Shown here: piece by piece, positions 1 to 8,907 of the stretch
Layout of the letters: each line of letters starts with the position of its first letter
How positions within the stretch are numbered: the first letter of the stretch is position 1
Source of the DNA: Nannocystis sp. ILAH1
Lineage (GTDB): Bacteria > Myxococcota_A > Polyangia > Nannocystales > Nannocystaceae
Length of the DNA: 64,000 bases
Assembly (NCBI RefSeq): GCF_026626585.1
Contig: NZ_JAPNKD010000018.1
Location: 75,718 to 139,717, forward strand
Reading direction: 5' to 3'
Translations under genes and position numbers: made by a program
The notes under the pieces: generated by a model
What the model was told of the DNA's origin: nothing
What the model saw: the letters and a program-made list of their open reading frames with translations, nothing else
The model's database searches: none

Positions 1-31
1 CCACGACGACTGCGACGACGACGATCACGAC

Positions 32-565
32 GTGATGGTCCGGCCGATCGCCGTGCCGCACGTGGCCGTCCCCCCGCCCGTGTTCTACGTGCCGGACATC
101 GACGAGGAGGCGATCGCGGCCCAGGCCGAGGCGATCGCGGCCCAGGTCGAAGCCCAGCTCGAGGGCCTCGACGAGCAGATCGAGCGCGAGCTGGAGGGCA
201 TCGACTTCGACAAGATCGCCGCCGACGTGCAGCGCGGGGTCAAGGCGTCGCTCCGCGGCGTCGAGAGGGCGCGCGAGCAGGCCGACCGGGCCCGGGAGGA
301 CGCCGAGAGGGCGCGCGAGCGGGCGGACCGGGCGCGCGAGCGGGGCGACCGGGCGCGCGAACAGGGCGACCGGGCGCGCGAGCGGGCCGAGCGGGCGCGC
401 GAGCGGGCCTCGCGGCAGGCCGAGAAGGGCCGCAACAAGGCCGAGGCCTCGCGGGCCGCGGCCGCCGTCCGCAGCGCGGTCGACGAGGCGCTGCGCGACG
501 GGGTGATCGACGCCGAGGAGCAGCGCAAGATCAGCGAGGCGGCCCGCCAGGTCCGCGTGAAGTGA
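32..565 (+). CDS. hypothetical protein with charged tandem heptapeptide repeats (ERADRAR-like); the frame is open to the window start, so the true 5' end may lie upstream
   Basis: ORF 32-565. The 21-nt DNA tandem repeats encode ERADRAR, ERGDRAR and EQGDRAR units. A GC-rich hairpin plus T-tract follows directly. Confidence 0.55.
   Translation: MMVRPIAVPHVAVPPPVFYVPDIDEEAIAAQAEAIAAQVEAQLEGLDEQIERELEGIDFDKIAADVQRGVKASLRGVERAREQADRAREDAERARERADRARERGDRAREQGDRARERAERARERASRQAEKGRNKAEASRAAAAVRSAVDEALRDGVIDAEEQRKISEAARQVRVK
262..411. repeat. about seven tandem 21-nt repeats (GAGCGGGCGGACCGGGCGCGC variants) inside the CDS
   Basis: Direct reading of nt 262-411. Each unit encodes a 7-aa repeat. Confidence 0.8.
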
Positions 566-589
566 GACTGTAGCTTCGCAGGAGTCCGG

Positions 590-622
590 GGGGACATGCT
601 CGTCCGAGCATGTCCCCTTTTT
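590..622 (+). terminator. rho-independent terminator: 13-bp perfect stem GGGGACATGCTCG / CGAGCATGTCCCC with a 2-nt loop, followed by TTTTT. The stem contains the GACATG/CATGTC core of the palindromic repeat family.
   Basis: Stem 590-602 and 605-617, T-tract 618-622, 25 nt after the stop codon at 565. Confidence 0.75.
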
Positions 623-727
623 CATGGTCCGAGGAGCATGGCCTTTCGGGCATGCCCATAAAGACAGCCACCCGCAGGCCAGGCGCGCCCGCGGCCGTGC
701 GGCCGGCGAGCTACGGCGGGTGCGCGG

Positions 728-1282
728 TCAGGGGGCTGCCCAGGTGCAGGGGTCGGGCGTGGCCTCGCCGCCGGCGTCGGGATCGGCGGGCAGGTCGAGG
801 GAGACGACGATGCGGTCCTGCAGCTTGATCGCCCCGGCCAGCGCCTTGTACGGGGCGATGCCCCACTGGGAGGGCACGAGCGTGAATTCGGCGCGCAGGC
901 GGTCGCCCTCGACGCGGACCGGGGCGCGCACCGGGGCTGTCCTTCCGAGCATGACCAATCGGCCATCCAGGACCCCGCCGGGGGTGAGCGCGCCGGTGAA
1001 GCTGACCTCCGGGTGCTGCGCGGTCAGCAGGATCTCGTCGGTGATGTTGCGCTGGATCTTGGCCTTGTCGCCGGCGCCGAGGCCATCGACGTCGACGCGC
1101 CCGTCCTTGCCGACGACGCCGTCGACCTTCAGCGTGGCCGGCCAGAAGCGGCCGCTGAGCGCGGTGCCTTCGCGGCGGATCTCGAAGCGTCCCAGCGACA
1201 GCCGGAGATCGTGGGCGAGCCGCGCGAGCAGGCCGTCCTTGAACGTGAAGACGTGGATCGTGCCTTTGTCCTGCGTGTTCAT
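728..1282 (-). CDS. YceI-like family protein (polyisoprenoid-binding-like)
   Basis: 185 aa from ATG at 1282 (MNTQDKGTIHVF...). The length and sequence are consistent with the YceI-like fold. The longer GTG-initiated ORF reaching 1546 looks like a frame artifact. Confidence 0.75.
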   Translation of the reverse strand: MNTQDKGTIHVFTFKDGLLARLAHDLRLSLGRFEIRREGTALSGRFWPATLKVDGVVGKDGRVDVDGLGAGDKAKIQRNITDEILLTAQHPEVSFTGALTPGGVLDGRLVMLGRTAPVRAPVRVEGDRLRAEFTLVPSQWGIAPYKALAGAIKLQDRIVVSLDLPADPDAGGEATPDPCTWAAP

Positions 1283-1370
1283 GGGAATTCCCTCGCGGAG
1301 CAAGTTCGTCGCGACGCGCCGGCCGAATCGGATGGGGTCGTCATTGCCGGGATATACCACGAAGACCCGG
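1283..1370 (-). promoter_or_regulatory. conserved ~85-bp leader element, copy B. It carries an extended -10-like TGGTATAT box, then ATGACGACCCCATCCGA opening a 21-aa uORF (MTTPSDSAGASRRTCSAREFP) whose stop overlaps the YceI start (ATGA). A GGGAATTCCC palindrome sits at the start codon.
   Basis: About 88% identity over ~85 bp with 24724-24806 on the + strand. The short ORF spans 1344 down to 1279. Confidence 0.55.
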
Positions 1371-1580
1371 TGAGGCCGCGAGGGTACGAGACCTGGGGCG
1401 TCGGCGGCGAGGGCGTCCATGCACGACAGCTCGCTGTCGAGGCCGGTGAGCGCCGCGCTGGAGGTTCTCGCGCTCCGCGTAGCAGCTCCACTCGTTCGAG
1501 ACGATGACCACGCCGCCGGCCGCGAGGACTTCGGCGAGAACAGCACCGCGGCGACGTTCGGTGTCGGGCTGCTCGCGCGC

Positions 1581-1997
1581 TCAATTCACAGGTCCGGACC
1601 TCAGGAACTCTTCGAGACTCTGCGCCAGCTGCTCGAGCTGTGCGGCCACTTCCTTGCGCGAGACGAGCCAGCTCTTCTCGCCCGCCGGAGGGCGAATCTG
1701 CTTGTATGCCGCTGCCAGCTCCCGCAATGCGTTTGGCGTTTCTCTGGCGAGGCGAAACCGCTGCAGGAAGGGCGCCCCCAAGCTATCCACCCTGGCGTTC
1801 CGCGGATGATTGCCCGCGTAGGACAGCACGAGCATGTTCTCATCGAATACGTTCACGAAGAAGCTGCAATGGATCGACGCGTCGAAGTCGCTCCGGAGGC
1901 AATCGAGGGCGATCGCGCGGTCGAACTGGACCGTCTTGTCTCGCTTGTCGGCGAAGCCGTAGAGCCTGATCAGGAACTCGTTCAATGCCTGGCTCAT
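1581..1997 (-). CDS. hypothetical protein, 138 aa, in a lower-GC islet
   Basis: ATG at 1997 preceded by a GGAGTG Shine-Dalgarno. GC is about 58% against a background near 70%. No recognisable domain. Confidence 0.6.
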   Translation of the reverse strand: MSQALNEFLIRLYGFADKRDKTVQFDRAIALDCLRSDFDASIHCSFFVNVFDENMLVLSYAGNHPRNARVDSLGAPFLQRFRLARETPNALRELAAAYKQIRPPAGEKSWLVSRKEVAAQLEQLAQSLEEFLRSGPVN

Positions 1998-2844
1998 CGT
2001 CACTCCTCGACATCGACCCTTGGCGAGAATCTGGTCGCGCCGCTTCAGGGTAGCATCGCATGCCATGCACTTGCGCAGGGGCGGGCCTCGCGGCTGATCG
2101 GGGACGGGACGCCGTGGCGCCGCGAGTCTGCCGAGCCGCGCGCGGACGGCGGGCGACAGTGAGCTTCGTCATGCAACCTCCGCGTGGCCGGGCTCGACCC
2201 CCCAGATACGACGACAGCGACGGGAACGGCCAGCAGGACATCAAAATCGTCGTCGCCGATGCGCCGATCAGCATCGTCGGCGCCGGTGTCTCCACCTGCG
2301 CTCCGACGGCGCCGCAGTGATCGTCGCTCGCGAGAGATGGCCGCCGTGCTGCGGCGGCGGTTCGTCCACGGCGAATCGGCGACCTGAAGCTCGAATCACG
2401 ATTCGCCCTGGCGTCGGACCGACCCTTTCGATTCACTAGGATGGTCCGTAGAAATCGTGCCAGTCGTCACTCGTGGATCGGCGACGAGGGCCCGGTTTTG
2501 CGCCCAGTGAACAATCGCAGACCCTATCGCCGTCCGCGCTCGGGCGCGAACGTGCTCGCGTTATCGCCGTTGGCAACAGTGGGAGGGCGGTGGTTCCGAT
2601 CGGCGGCGAACACGTACACCGCACGGCGGTGGCGCCGCCGCCGCCGTCCGGTGCTCTTGACATATAGCCGCGTCTCGTGGACAAGTGTCTGCGATGATCG
2701 GAGGGCCGAGCTTGCTATGAGGCGGGCGCTGTTCGCTCCTGCGTCATTGGCGTGGGAGGCTCTTCCGCATATGCGTACGGGGATTCGTCGACGGGCGGCC
2801 CCGCAGCGAGCGCTCGCAGTCACGGCCGCGCAAGGGAGGATTCG

Positions 2845-4020
2845 GTGCTGAGTTACGAGAAGATGTTCCAGGCCTATGCAGGGCTTCTGGCCACTGTGGA
2901 CGCGAACGGCCACTTCCGCGCCCTCAATCCGACATGGGAGCGGATCCTCGGCTGGTCCCTCGACGAGCTGAGGAGCAAGCCGTTCATCGAGTTCGTCCAT
3001 CCGAGCGACCGCGAGGTGACGCTCGCCGAGGTGGCCGGCCTTCTCCAGGGCAACACCGTCGACCGGTTCGACAACCGCTATCTGTGTAAAGACGGCTCGT
3101 ACAAGTGGCTCGGCTGGGCCGCGCGGGTGGACGCAGGGGACGAGCCGTCGGAGCAGCTCATCTATGCGACGGGAATCGACGTGACGGGCGACCGGGAGCG
3201 GCAGTCGCAGCTCGAGCCCACGCTGCAGGACGCCAAGGTCTACGAGAAGTTGTTCCGGGTCTCGGTGGGCCTCCTCGTCACCCTGGACTCGAACGGCTAC
3301 TTCCGCCACGCCAACCCGGCGTGGCGGCATCTCCTCGGCTGGAGCCCCGAGGAGATGACGGCGAGGCCGTTCATCGAGTTCGTCCACCCCGACGACCGAG
3401 CGGCGACGACCGCCGAGGCCGCGGCCCTGTTCGAAGGCAAGATGACCATCCGCTTCGACAACCGCTATCAGTGCAAGGACGGCACCTACAAGTGGCTCGC
3501 CTGGACCGCGTACATGGACCCGAACGAGGACGAGTCGACCCGGCTCGTGTACGGCACGGCCCATGACGTCACGCCATACAAGGATCTGCTCGGCGAGTAC
3601 GAGCGGACGCTCGAGCGGCTGCGCGACACGATGGAGGCGATGTCGACGCCGTTCATCCCGATCACCGAGCGGATCGTGGTCATGCCGCTCGTGGGCCAGA
3701 TGGACACGGACCGGATCCATCAGGTGATGACTGTCGCGCTCGAAGGCGTCCAGTCGACCCACGTGCAGGTGGTCATCCTCGATGTGACGGGGCTGCGCGA
3801 CCTCGACACCCGCGTCGCGCGCGCGCTGCTCGACACGGCCAAGGGGCTGCAGCTGCTCGGTGCGAAGACGATCCTGACCGGAATCCGGCCGTCCCTGGCG
3901 CAGACGCTCGTCGGTCTCGGGCTCGACCTGGGCAGCATCATCACCAAGGGGACCCTCCAGAGCGCGATCGCGTCGGCGCTGCAGAACGACTTCAATGCAG
4001 GCAAGTCCCACCTCGCCTGA
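2845..4020 (+). CDS. PAS-PAS-STAS sensor protein (two PAS domains plus a C-terminal STAS / anti-sigma-factor-antagonist-like domain)
   Basis: GTG at 2845 with an AGGGAGGA Shine-Dalgarno 7 nt upstream. PAS blocks appear twice (FIEFVHP...DNRY.CKDG.YKWL). The C-terminal stretch is STAS-like (IPITERIVVMPLVG...ILDVTG). Confidence 0.8.
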   Translation: MLSYEKMFQAYAGLLATVDANGHFRALNPTWERILGWSLDELRSKPFIEFVHPSDREVTLAEVAGLLQGNTVDRFDNRYLCKDGSYKWLGWAARVDAGDEPSEQLIYATGIDVTGDRERQSQLEPTLQDAKVYEKLFRVSVGLLVTLDSNGYFRHANPAWRHLLGWSPEEMTARPFIEFVHPDDRAATTAEAAALFEGKMTIRFDNRYQCKDGTYKWLAWTAYMDPNEDESTRLVYGTAHDVTPYKDLLGEYERTLERLRDTMEAMSTPFIPITERIVVMPLVGQMDTDRIHQVMTVALEGVQSTHVQVVILDVTGLRDLDTRVARALLDTAKGLQLLGAKTILTGIRPSLAQTLVGLGLDLGSIITKGTLQSAIASALQNDFNAGKSHLA

Positions 4021-4086
4021 TCGCGTCGCCTGACATCGGCCGGGGATGGCGGACACGGCCCGCGTCGCCCCGGGCCGTCGGCGCGC

Positions 4087-4341
4087 TCAGCGGCGCCGCA
4101 ACACGCTGAACAGCGCTTTCGGCAGCGGGTCGAGCGTGCCCTGGTACTCGGTCTCGGTCGCCGACAGCAGCTCGAAGCGCGACGCGAAGGTCGTGCGGAT
4201 CTCGTCGGGCGAGAACCGGTGCGGTCCGCTGTCGCCGGGCTGCAGCTTGCTGAAGGTCTTGAGCAGCAGCAGTCCGCCCGACACGAGCCAGCGCGCCACC
4301 GCGTCGACGTAGGTGCCGCGCCGCGCCGCGGCGCATGGCAT
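4087..4341 (-). pseudogene. C-terminal fragment of a thiopurine S-methyltransferase-like SAM methyltransferase. The N-terminal two-thirds are absent.
   Basis: The 84-aa ORF (...WLVSGGLLLLKTF...GPHRFSPDEIRTTF...FELLSATE) resembles the C-terminus of thiopurine S-methyltransferase family proteins. No upstream continuation exists in any frame. Confidence 0.45.
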
Positions 4342-5036
4342 TCATCGGCGACTCGATCACCGTCGGCTCCGGCAACGAGGCCGCGAATAACTCGCCGGAG
4401 TGCTCGGCGGACTCCTACGGCAACCCGGGCGGGTGGGGCCAGCCTTATCATAACAATTGGCGGTCCTACGGCGCGGTCGCGGCGCGCAGCCTCGACGCGG
4501 AATACCATGTCACTGCGGTGTCCGGTATCGGCCTCGTCCGCAACTACTCGTTCCTGTACGACGCGAGGCCGATGCCCGCGGTCTACGACCTGATGTTTCT
4601 CGAGCTGCAGCAGGGCTCGCCGTCGTGGGAGCCGCAGGGGTTCGTCCCGGACGTCGTCGTCGTCGCGCTCGGCACCAACGACTTCTCGCTCGGCGACTCC
4701 GAACGCCCGCGGATGACCGAGGCCGAGTTCGCCGCCGCCTACGTCGAGTTCGTCGCCGAGCTGCGCGGCGATTACCCCGAGGCGCACATCATCCTCGCGT
4801 CGAGTCTGATGCTCGGCGACGGCTGGCCGACCCCGGCCGACCAGTTCCTCACCGACCAGAAGACCGCGCTCGCCGAGGTCGAGGCCGAGTTCGCGACCGG
4901 CGGCGACACGAAGGTGCACGCCTTCTACACGACGAAGCTCATCGGCGATGGCTGCGGCACGCACCCGAGCGCCGCGCAGCACGAGGCGATGGCGGCAGAA
5001 CTCGCCGAATTCGTGCGCGCGAAGGTCGGCTGGTAA
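4335..5036 (+). CDS. SGNH/GDSL-family hydrolase (esterase or acetylesterase-like) with an unusually short N-terminus
   Basis: The GDS motif sits at residues 5-7 (MAFIGDSITVG), with GTNDF and DGCGTHP blocks downstream. Only 4 residues precede the catalytic block and there is no signal peptide. Confidence 0.7.
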   Translation: MAFIGDSITVGSGNEAANNSPECSADSYGNPGGWGQPYHNNWRSYGAVAARSLDAEYHVTAVSGIGLVRNYSFLYDARPMPAVYDLMFLELQQGSPSWEPQGFVPDVVVVALGTNDFSLGDSERPRMTEAEFAAAYVEFVAELRGDYPEAHIILASSLMLGDGWPTPADQFLTDQKTALAEVEAEFATGGDTKVHAFYTTKLIGDGCGTHPSAAQHEAMAAELAEFVRAKVGW

Positions 5037-5045
5037 GGCCGCAGT

Positions 5046-5513
5046 GTGATGTCATGTCGCGCGGTCGCGCTATCCCACGCGGCCGCCGAGTTGAGATGGC
5101 TCGCAATCGCGCGCGTTGACACGGTCCACGGAGTGGGCGAAAGATCGCGTGTGGCTTTGGTCCCCGAGACTCAACTGTTCTCCTGCCCCGGATGCGACGA
5201 ACTGGTACGCGCCGCCGATCCGGTCTGTCCCCATTGCGGGGTGTCGCGGTCCCGCGCGGAGCGCACCGGCTCGTTGGCCGCGCTGGCTGCCGCTCTCGTG
5301 GTCGCCGCCTGCACCACCGGCCAGCCCGCATACGGCGGGCCCGACACCGATTCGGAGGGCACGGAGGTGACCCAGACGGCCGCGACGACGACGGACGCGA
5401 CGACGACGGACGCGACGACGACGGACGCGACGACGACGACGGACGCCACGGGCACGACGGCACCGACGACGGGCACGGGCTCGGAGTCGACCACCGACGC
5501 CACGACCGGGTAG
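5046..5513 (+). CDS. zinc-ribbon (CPGC...CPHC), single-TM, Thr/Asp-rich repeat protein. The start is uncertain (ATG 5046 or GTG 5151).
   Basis: It has a CxxC-x10-CxxC ribbon, a hydrophobic helix SLAALAAALVVAAC and a TTTDA repeat tail. It begins 10 nt after the esterase stop. Confidence 0.4.
   Translation: MMSCRAVALSHAAAELRWLAIARVDTVHGVGERSRVALVPETQLFSCPGCDELVRAADPVCPHCGVSRSRAERTGSLAALAAALVVAACTTGQPAYGGPDTDSEGTEVTQTAATTTDATTTDATTTDATTTTDATGTTAPTTGTGSESTTDATTG
5383..5447. repeat. four or more tandem 15-nt repeats (GCGACGACGACGGAC) encoding TTTDA units
   Basis: Direct reading. Confidence 0.8.
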
Positions 5514-5755
5514 CGGCGCCCGCCGAGCGCGACCTCGTGCTCGTCCCTCGCGGACGAGGCCGCGCATTCGCGACGCCCCGGACGACGCGATGCGGGCGTG
5601 ACCGTCCGGGTCGCACGTCGGCGTGAAATTCCCGAGAAATTCGCGGACCGCGGGGAGCGGGTAGGGTGATTCGGTCTGGACGCCGAATGCAGCGTCGCCC
5701 CGCCGGGCCGCCGACGATGTCGGTCCGGTGATTCACGCAATGGATTCATCACGTC

Positions 5756-6853
5756 ATGAATGCCCTGTCTCGCACCCTGCTGATTGTCACCCCCTGGATA
5801 GGTCTCGCATGCGATGTTTTGGAGGACCCCGCGTCGCCGGCGGCCGCGGCCGCGGACGACGACGTGGACGAGGAGGCCGCGGAGGCCCTGGAACCGGGCG
5901 AGCTGGGCGACCCGGAATGGTTGCAGGACACGGCCCCCGATCCCCAGGCGGGGCTGCTGTGTATCCTCTGCATCCTCGGCGGCGCTGAGCCGGCCTGCGG
6001 CGCGGACGGCGAGAGCTACGCGAACGCCTGCTTCGCCGCGTGCGAGGGCGGCGGGGCCGTCCCCGCGGTCACCTACTGGCCCGACGACGACGGCGACGGG
6101 TTCGGCGACGCGAGCGCGCCTCCGACGAATGCGTGCACCCTCCCCGAGGGGGCGAGCGACAACGGCGACGACTGCGACGACGCGGACGACGCCGTGTCCC
6201 CGGGCAGCCCCGAGGCGTGCGACGGCGTCGACAACGATTGCGACGCGGCGAGCCACTGCGAGGCGACGAGCTGCGCCGACATCGCGCTCGAGGATCCGTC
6301 GGCGCTCGACGGCGATTACACGCTGCACGTCGACCTCGACCCGGACCGGCCGTGGACCGCGTACTGCCATGACATGGCCGGCGAGCCGCGGACATACCTG
6401 TCGCTGGTGGCGGTCGGGGAGGGGCGTAACTTCGCGCAATACGCCGGCGACGCCTCGGTGCGGACCGCCTTCACGCGGGTGCGTATCGAGCCGACCACGC
6501 TGGCCGTCGACATCGACGACCTCACCTTCGCCAGCTCGAGCGGCGGGCTCTACCACGGCCAAGAACTGGTGACGTCGATGCCGTACGGGGTCGCGGAGGG
6601 CTGCGGGCATGTGGCCGAGCCGGGCGTCGCCAACGTCGACCTGACGGGCACGCCGTTCAAGATCGCCTCACCGTTCTGCACCCTGGGCTTCAACGCATTC
6701 GGCAGTGTGACGTTCAGTCAGGACGACCAGGTCGCGGACGTCGTGGGCGATGGAAATTGCGGCTGGACCTCGCCGACTTGCTCCTACGATCCGCATCAGC
6801 TCATGAACACAGTGAACGGGTGGATCCTTCAGCTCGCGTACGTCGAGCCGTAG
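5756..6853 (+). CDS. secreted Cys-rich protein with a Kazal-like motif (CGADGESYANACFAAC) and an Asp/Cys-rich metal-binding-type repeat (DGDGFGD...CDDADD...CDGVDNDCD)
   Basis: Hydrophobic N-terminus MNALSRTLLIVTPWIGLAC. Motifs as stated. 365 aa. Confidence 0.7.
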   Translation: MNALSRTLLIVTPWIGLACDVLEDPASPAAAAADDDVDEEAAEALEPGELGDPEWLQDTAPDPQAGLLCILCILGGAEPACGADGESYANACFAACEGGGAVPAVTYWPDDDGDGFGDASAPPTNACTLPEGASDNGDDCDDADDAVSPGSPEACDGVDNDCDAASHCEATSCADIALEDPSALDGDYTLHVDLDPDRPWTAYCHDMAGEPRTYLSLVAVGEGRNFAQYAGDASVRTAFTRVRIEPTTLAVDIDDLTFASSSGGLYHGQELVTSMPYGVAEGCGHVAEPGVANVDLTGTPFKIASPFCTLGFNAFGSVTFSQDDQVADVVGDGNCGWTSPTCSYDPHQLMNTVNGWILQLAYVEP

Positions 6854-6856
6854 GAG

Positions 6857-8194
6857 TCAGCGACGCGGCGCCGCTTCCCGGAGGAGCCGCGGGAGCCTGA
6901 CGATGAACTCGCTGCCCCTACCCGGACCGTCGCTGTGCGCGGTGACGGAGCCGCCGTGCAGCTCGACCAGGCGACGGACCAGCGCCAGGCCGATGCCGAG
7001 ACCGCCTTGGGCCTGGTGGAAGGTGCGATCGGCCTGCGTGAACAGCTCGAAGACCTTCGGCAACACCTCACCAGGGATCCCGGTGCCCGAGTCGGCGACG
7101 CGGATCAGCACCCGCGCCTCGCTTGCGGCGAGCTCGACGGTGAGGCGGATCTGCCCGCCCTCGGGCGTGTACTTGGCGGCGTTGTCGAGCAGGTTCCCGA
7201 AGACCTGGCTCAGGCGCGTGCGGTCGCCTTCGATCCAGATCGGCTCCTCCGGCAGCGTGAGGCCGAGTTGATGGCGCCGCGCCTCGATCCGCGACCGGGT
7301 CGTCTCGAGCGCCAGGCCGACGACCACGGCGACGTCGAGCGGAGCGCTCTGCAGCGTGAGCTTGTCCTGGACGAGCCGCGAGACGTCGAGCAGGTCGTCG
7401 ACGACGCGGTGCAGCTGCCTGGCCTGGCGATCGATCATGTCGCGACACCAGCCCACCTGGGGATCGGCGAGCTCCTTGAGGCCCATCAGCTCGACTGCGC
7501 TGTGGATCGGCGCCAGCGGGTTGCGCAGCTCATGCGCCAGCATGGCCAGGAACTCGTCCTTCTGGCGGTCGGCCTGCCGCAGCTGCGCGTGCGTGCGTCG
7601 CAGCGCCTCCTCGGTCCGCTGGCGCTCGGTGACCTCTCCGGCGAGGGTGCGGTTGGCCTCGGCCAGGCCGGCGTTGGCCTGCTCGAGCACCGCGTTGAGC
7701 TGCTCGAGCTCGCGGGCCTTCTCGGCCTGCAGGGTCGTGTTGGTGAGCGCGAGCAGGGCGTTGGCCTGCTCGAGCTCGCGGTTGGCCCGCACCAGCTCCT
7801 GGCGATTGAGGCACAGCTCGACCAGCACCGAGACCTTGCCGCGCAGGATCTCGGGGACGATCGGGACGTAGACGTAGTCGACCGCGCCGAGCTCGTAGCC
7901 GCGGAGGGCGTCGAGCTCGGTCATGTCGTGGCCGGTGACGAAGATGATCGGCGTCCGCTCGAAGCGCGGGTGCTGGTGGATCAGCGCCGCGGTCTCGAAG
8001 CCGTCCATCTCCGGCATGCTGACGTCCAGGAGGATGACGGCGAATTCCTCGCGCAGGACCCTCTGCAGCGCTTCGGCGCCCGAGGTGGCGCGCACCAGGT
8101 TCTGCGCGAGCGGTGCGAGGATGGTCTCGTAGCTGAGCAGCCGGGCCGGCTGGTCGTCCACGAGGAGAATGTTGACTCTTCCAGGCGCGCTCAT
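6857..8194 (-). CDS. hybrid sensor histidine kinase (N-terminal receiver, coiled coil, HisKA, HATPase_c)
   Basis: ATG at 8194 (MSAPGRVNILLVDD...) with a GGAGACGG Shine-Dalgarno. The receiver carries the D-box LLDVSMP. H-box LAHELRNPL. G-boxes are present. The longer ORF reaching 8473 is a frame artifact. Confidence 0.85.
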   Translation of the reverse strand: MSAPGRVNILLVDDQPARLLSYETILAPLAQNLVRATSGAEALQRVLREEFAVILLDVSMPEMDGFETAALIHQHPRFERTPIIFVTGHDMTELDALRGYELGAVDYVYVPIVPEILRGKVSVLVELCLNRQELVRANRELEQANALLALTNTTLQAEKARELEQLNAVLEQANAGLAEANRTLAGEVTERQRTEEALRRTHAQLRQADRQKDEFLAMLAHELRNPLAPIHSAVELMGLKELADPQVGWCRDMIDRQARQLHRVVDDLLDVSRLVQDKLTLQSAPLDVAVVVGLALETTRSRIEARRHQLGLTLPEEPIWIEGDRTRLSQVFGNLLDNAAKYTPEGGQIRLTVELAASEARVLIRVADSGTGIPGEVLPKVFELFTQADRTFHQAQGGLGIGLALVRRLVELHGGSVTAHSDGPGRGSEFIVRLPRLLREAAPRR

Positions 8195-8907
8195 GACGCC
8201 GTCTCCGTCAGCGACAGAACGAAACGATTGTAGGGACCGTGCAAATGTATGGACCGAGCCGGGCGTGCGTGCTGCTTCCACTGGCTCGCCGGTGAGAGGT
8301 GCCTTTCTGGCCCCAGGATGTCCAGCGAAATCGATGTCGTCGTTGCCTTGCGATCCGCGGTGAGTTCGACGGAGAACCGCTGCGCGACCCGCAGCGTGGG
8401 CTTGCTGTGCCTGCTGTGCCTGCTCGCCGCGCCCGTCGCTCGAGTTCGAAAAAATCGGGTCCGAGCACATCAACGACCCGACCGTCAGGCCGCACGGGAC
8501 GGAAGGGATCGCGGGTGCGCAGCGTCGACGCGATCCGCTGGCCGCTGCCGCGGGACCTCGGGCCCACCACGATCTGCCGTCGTGCTATTGCAGAGGCCGG
8601 CGGTAGCCTCGCCCGGTGCCCGCGGTTGCGCGTGGCGGCCTCGTCGCCATGCCTCCCGGGTTGACATCTCCGGTGTCCGTCTATCGCTCCGTTCGGAGCC
8701 CGTAATGCCTTCACAAGCCCTGCGGGAGGGCGGAAATTGCGCGCCAAAGTCGTGGGCCGCTCGCCTCGAGGCGGCGATTCGATTCACGCGACCTGAAGGG
8801 CCCATTGGCCGGTGAGTCTGCGCAAGGATTGTCATCCCGGGCGTACCTGGGCTTCGTGATCGGCGCGGTCCTTCTCAGTCGGACTTCGGTGAGGTAATGG
8901 GAGAACC

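Noticed and set aside
262-411. Tandem repeats considered as a possible CRISPR array (also 5383-5447, 18722-18872 and 57890-58070).
   Set aside because: Units are 15-42 nt with no unique spacers, and they lie in-frame inside coding regions where they encode peptide repeats. There are no cas genes.
2650-2700. CTTGACATATAGCCGCGTCTCGTGGACAAGT as a promoter for the PAS-STAS gene. A TTGACA at 5116 is similar.
   Set aside because: A -35-like hexamer is present but no acceptable -10 lies at 16-19 bp. It is too weak to call.
2524-4056. 510-aa minus-strand ORF antisense to the PAS-STAS gene. Many similar long ORFs exist elsewhere, for example 3720-4982 (-), 5171-6610 (-), 6935-8233 (+), 8875-10632 (-), 9471-12086 (+), 10669-12675 (-), 12685-15591 (-), 13848-15854 (+), 24701-27463 (-), 37016-39085 (+), 40536-42191 (-), 42604-44370 (-), 51162-53321 (-), 53056-55779 (-) and 60417-63047 (-).
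   Set aside because: In 70% GC DNA, stop codons are rare in all frames. These ORFs translate to Arg/Ala/Pro-rich low-complexity strings with no motifs. They lie opposite genes that have clear domains and translational signals.
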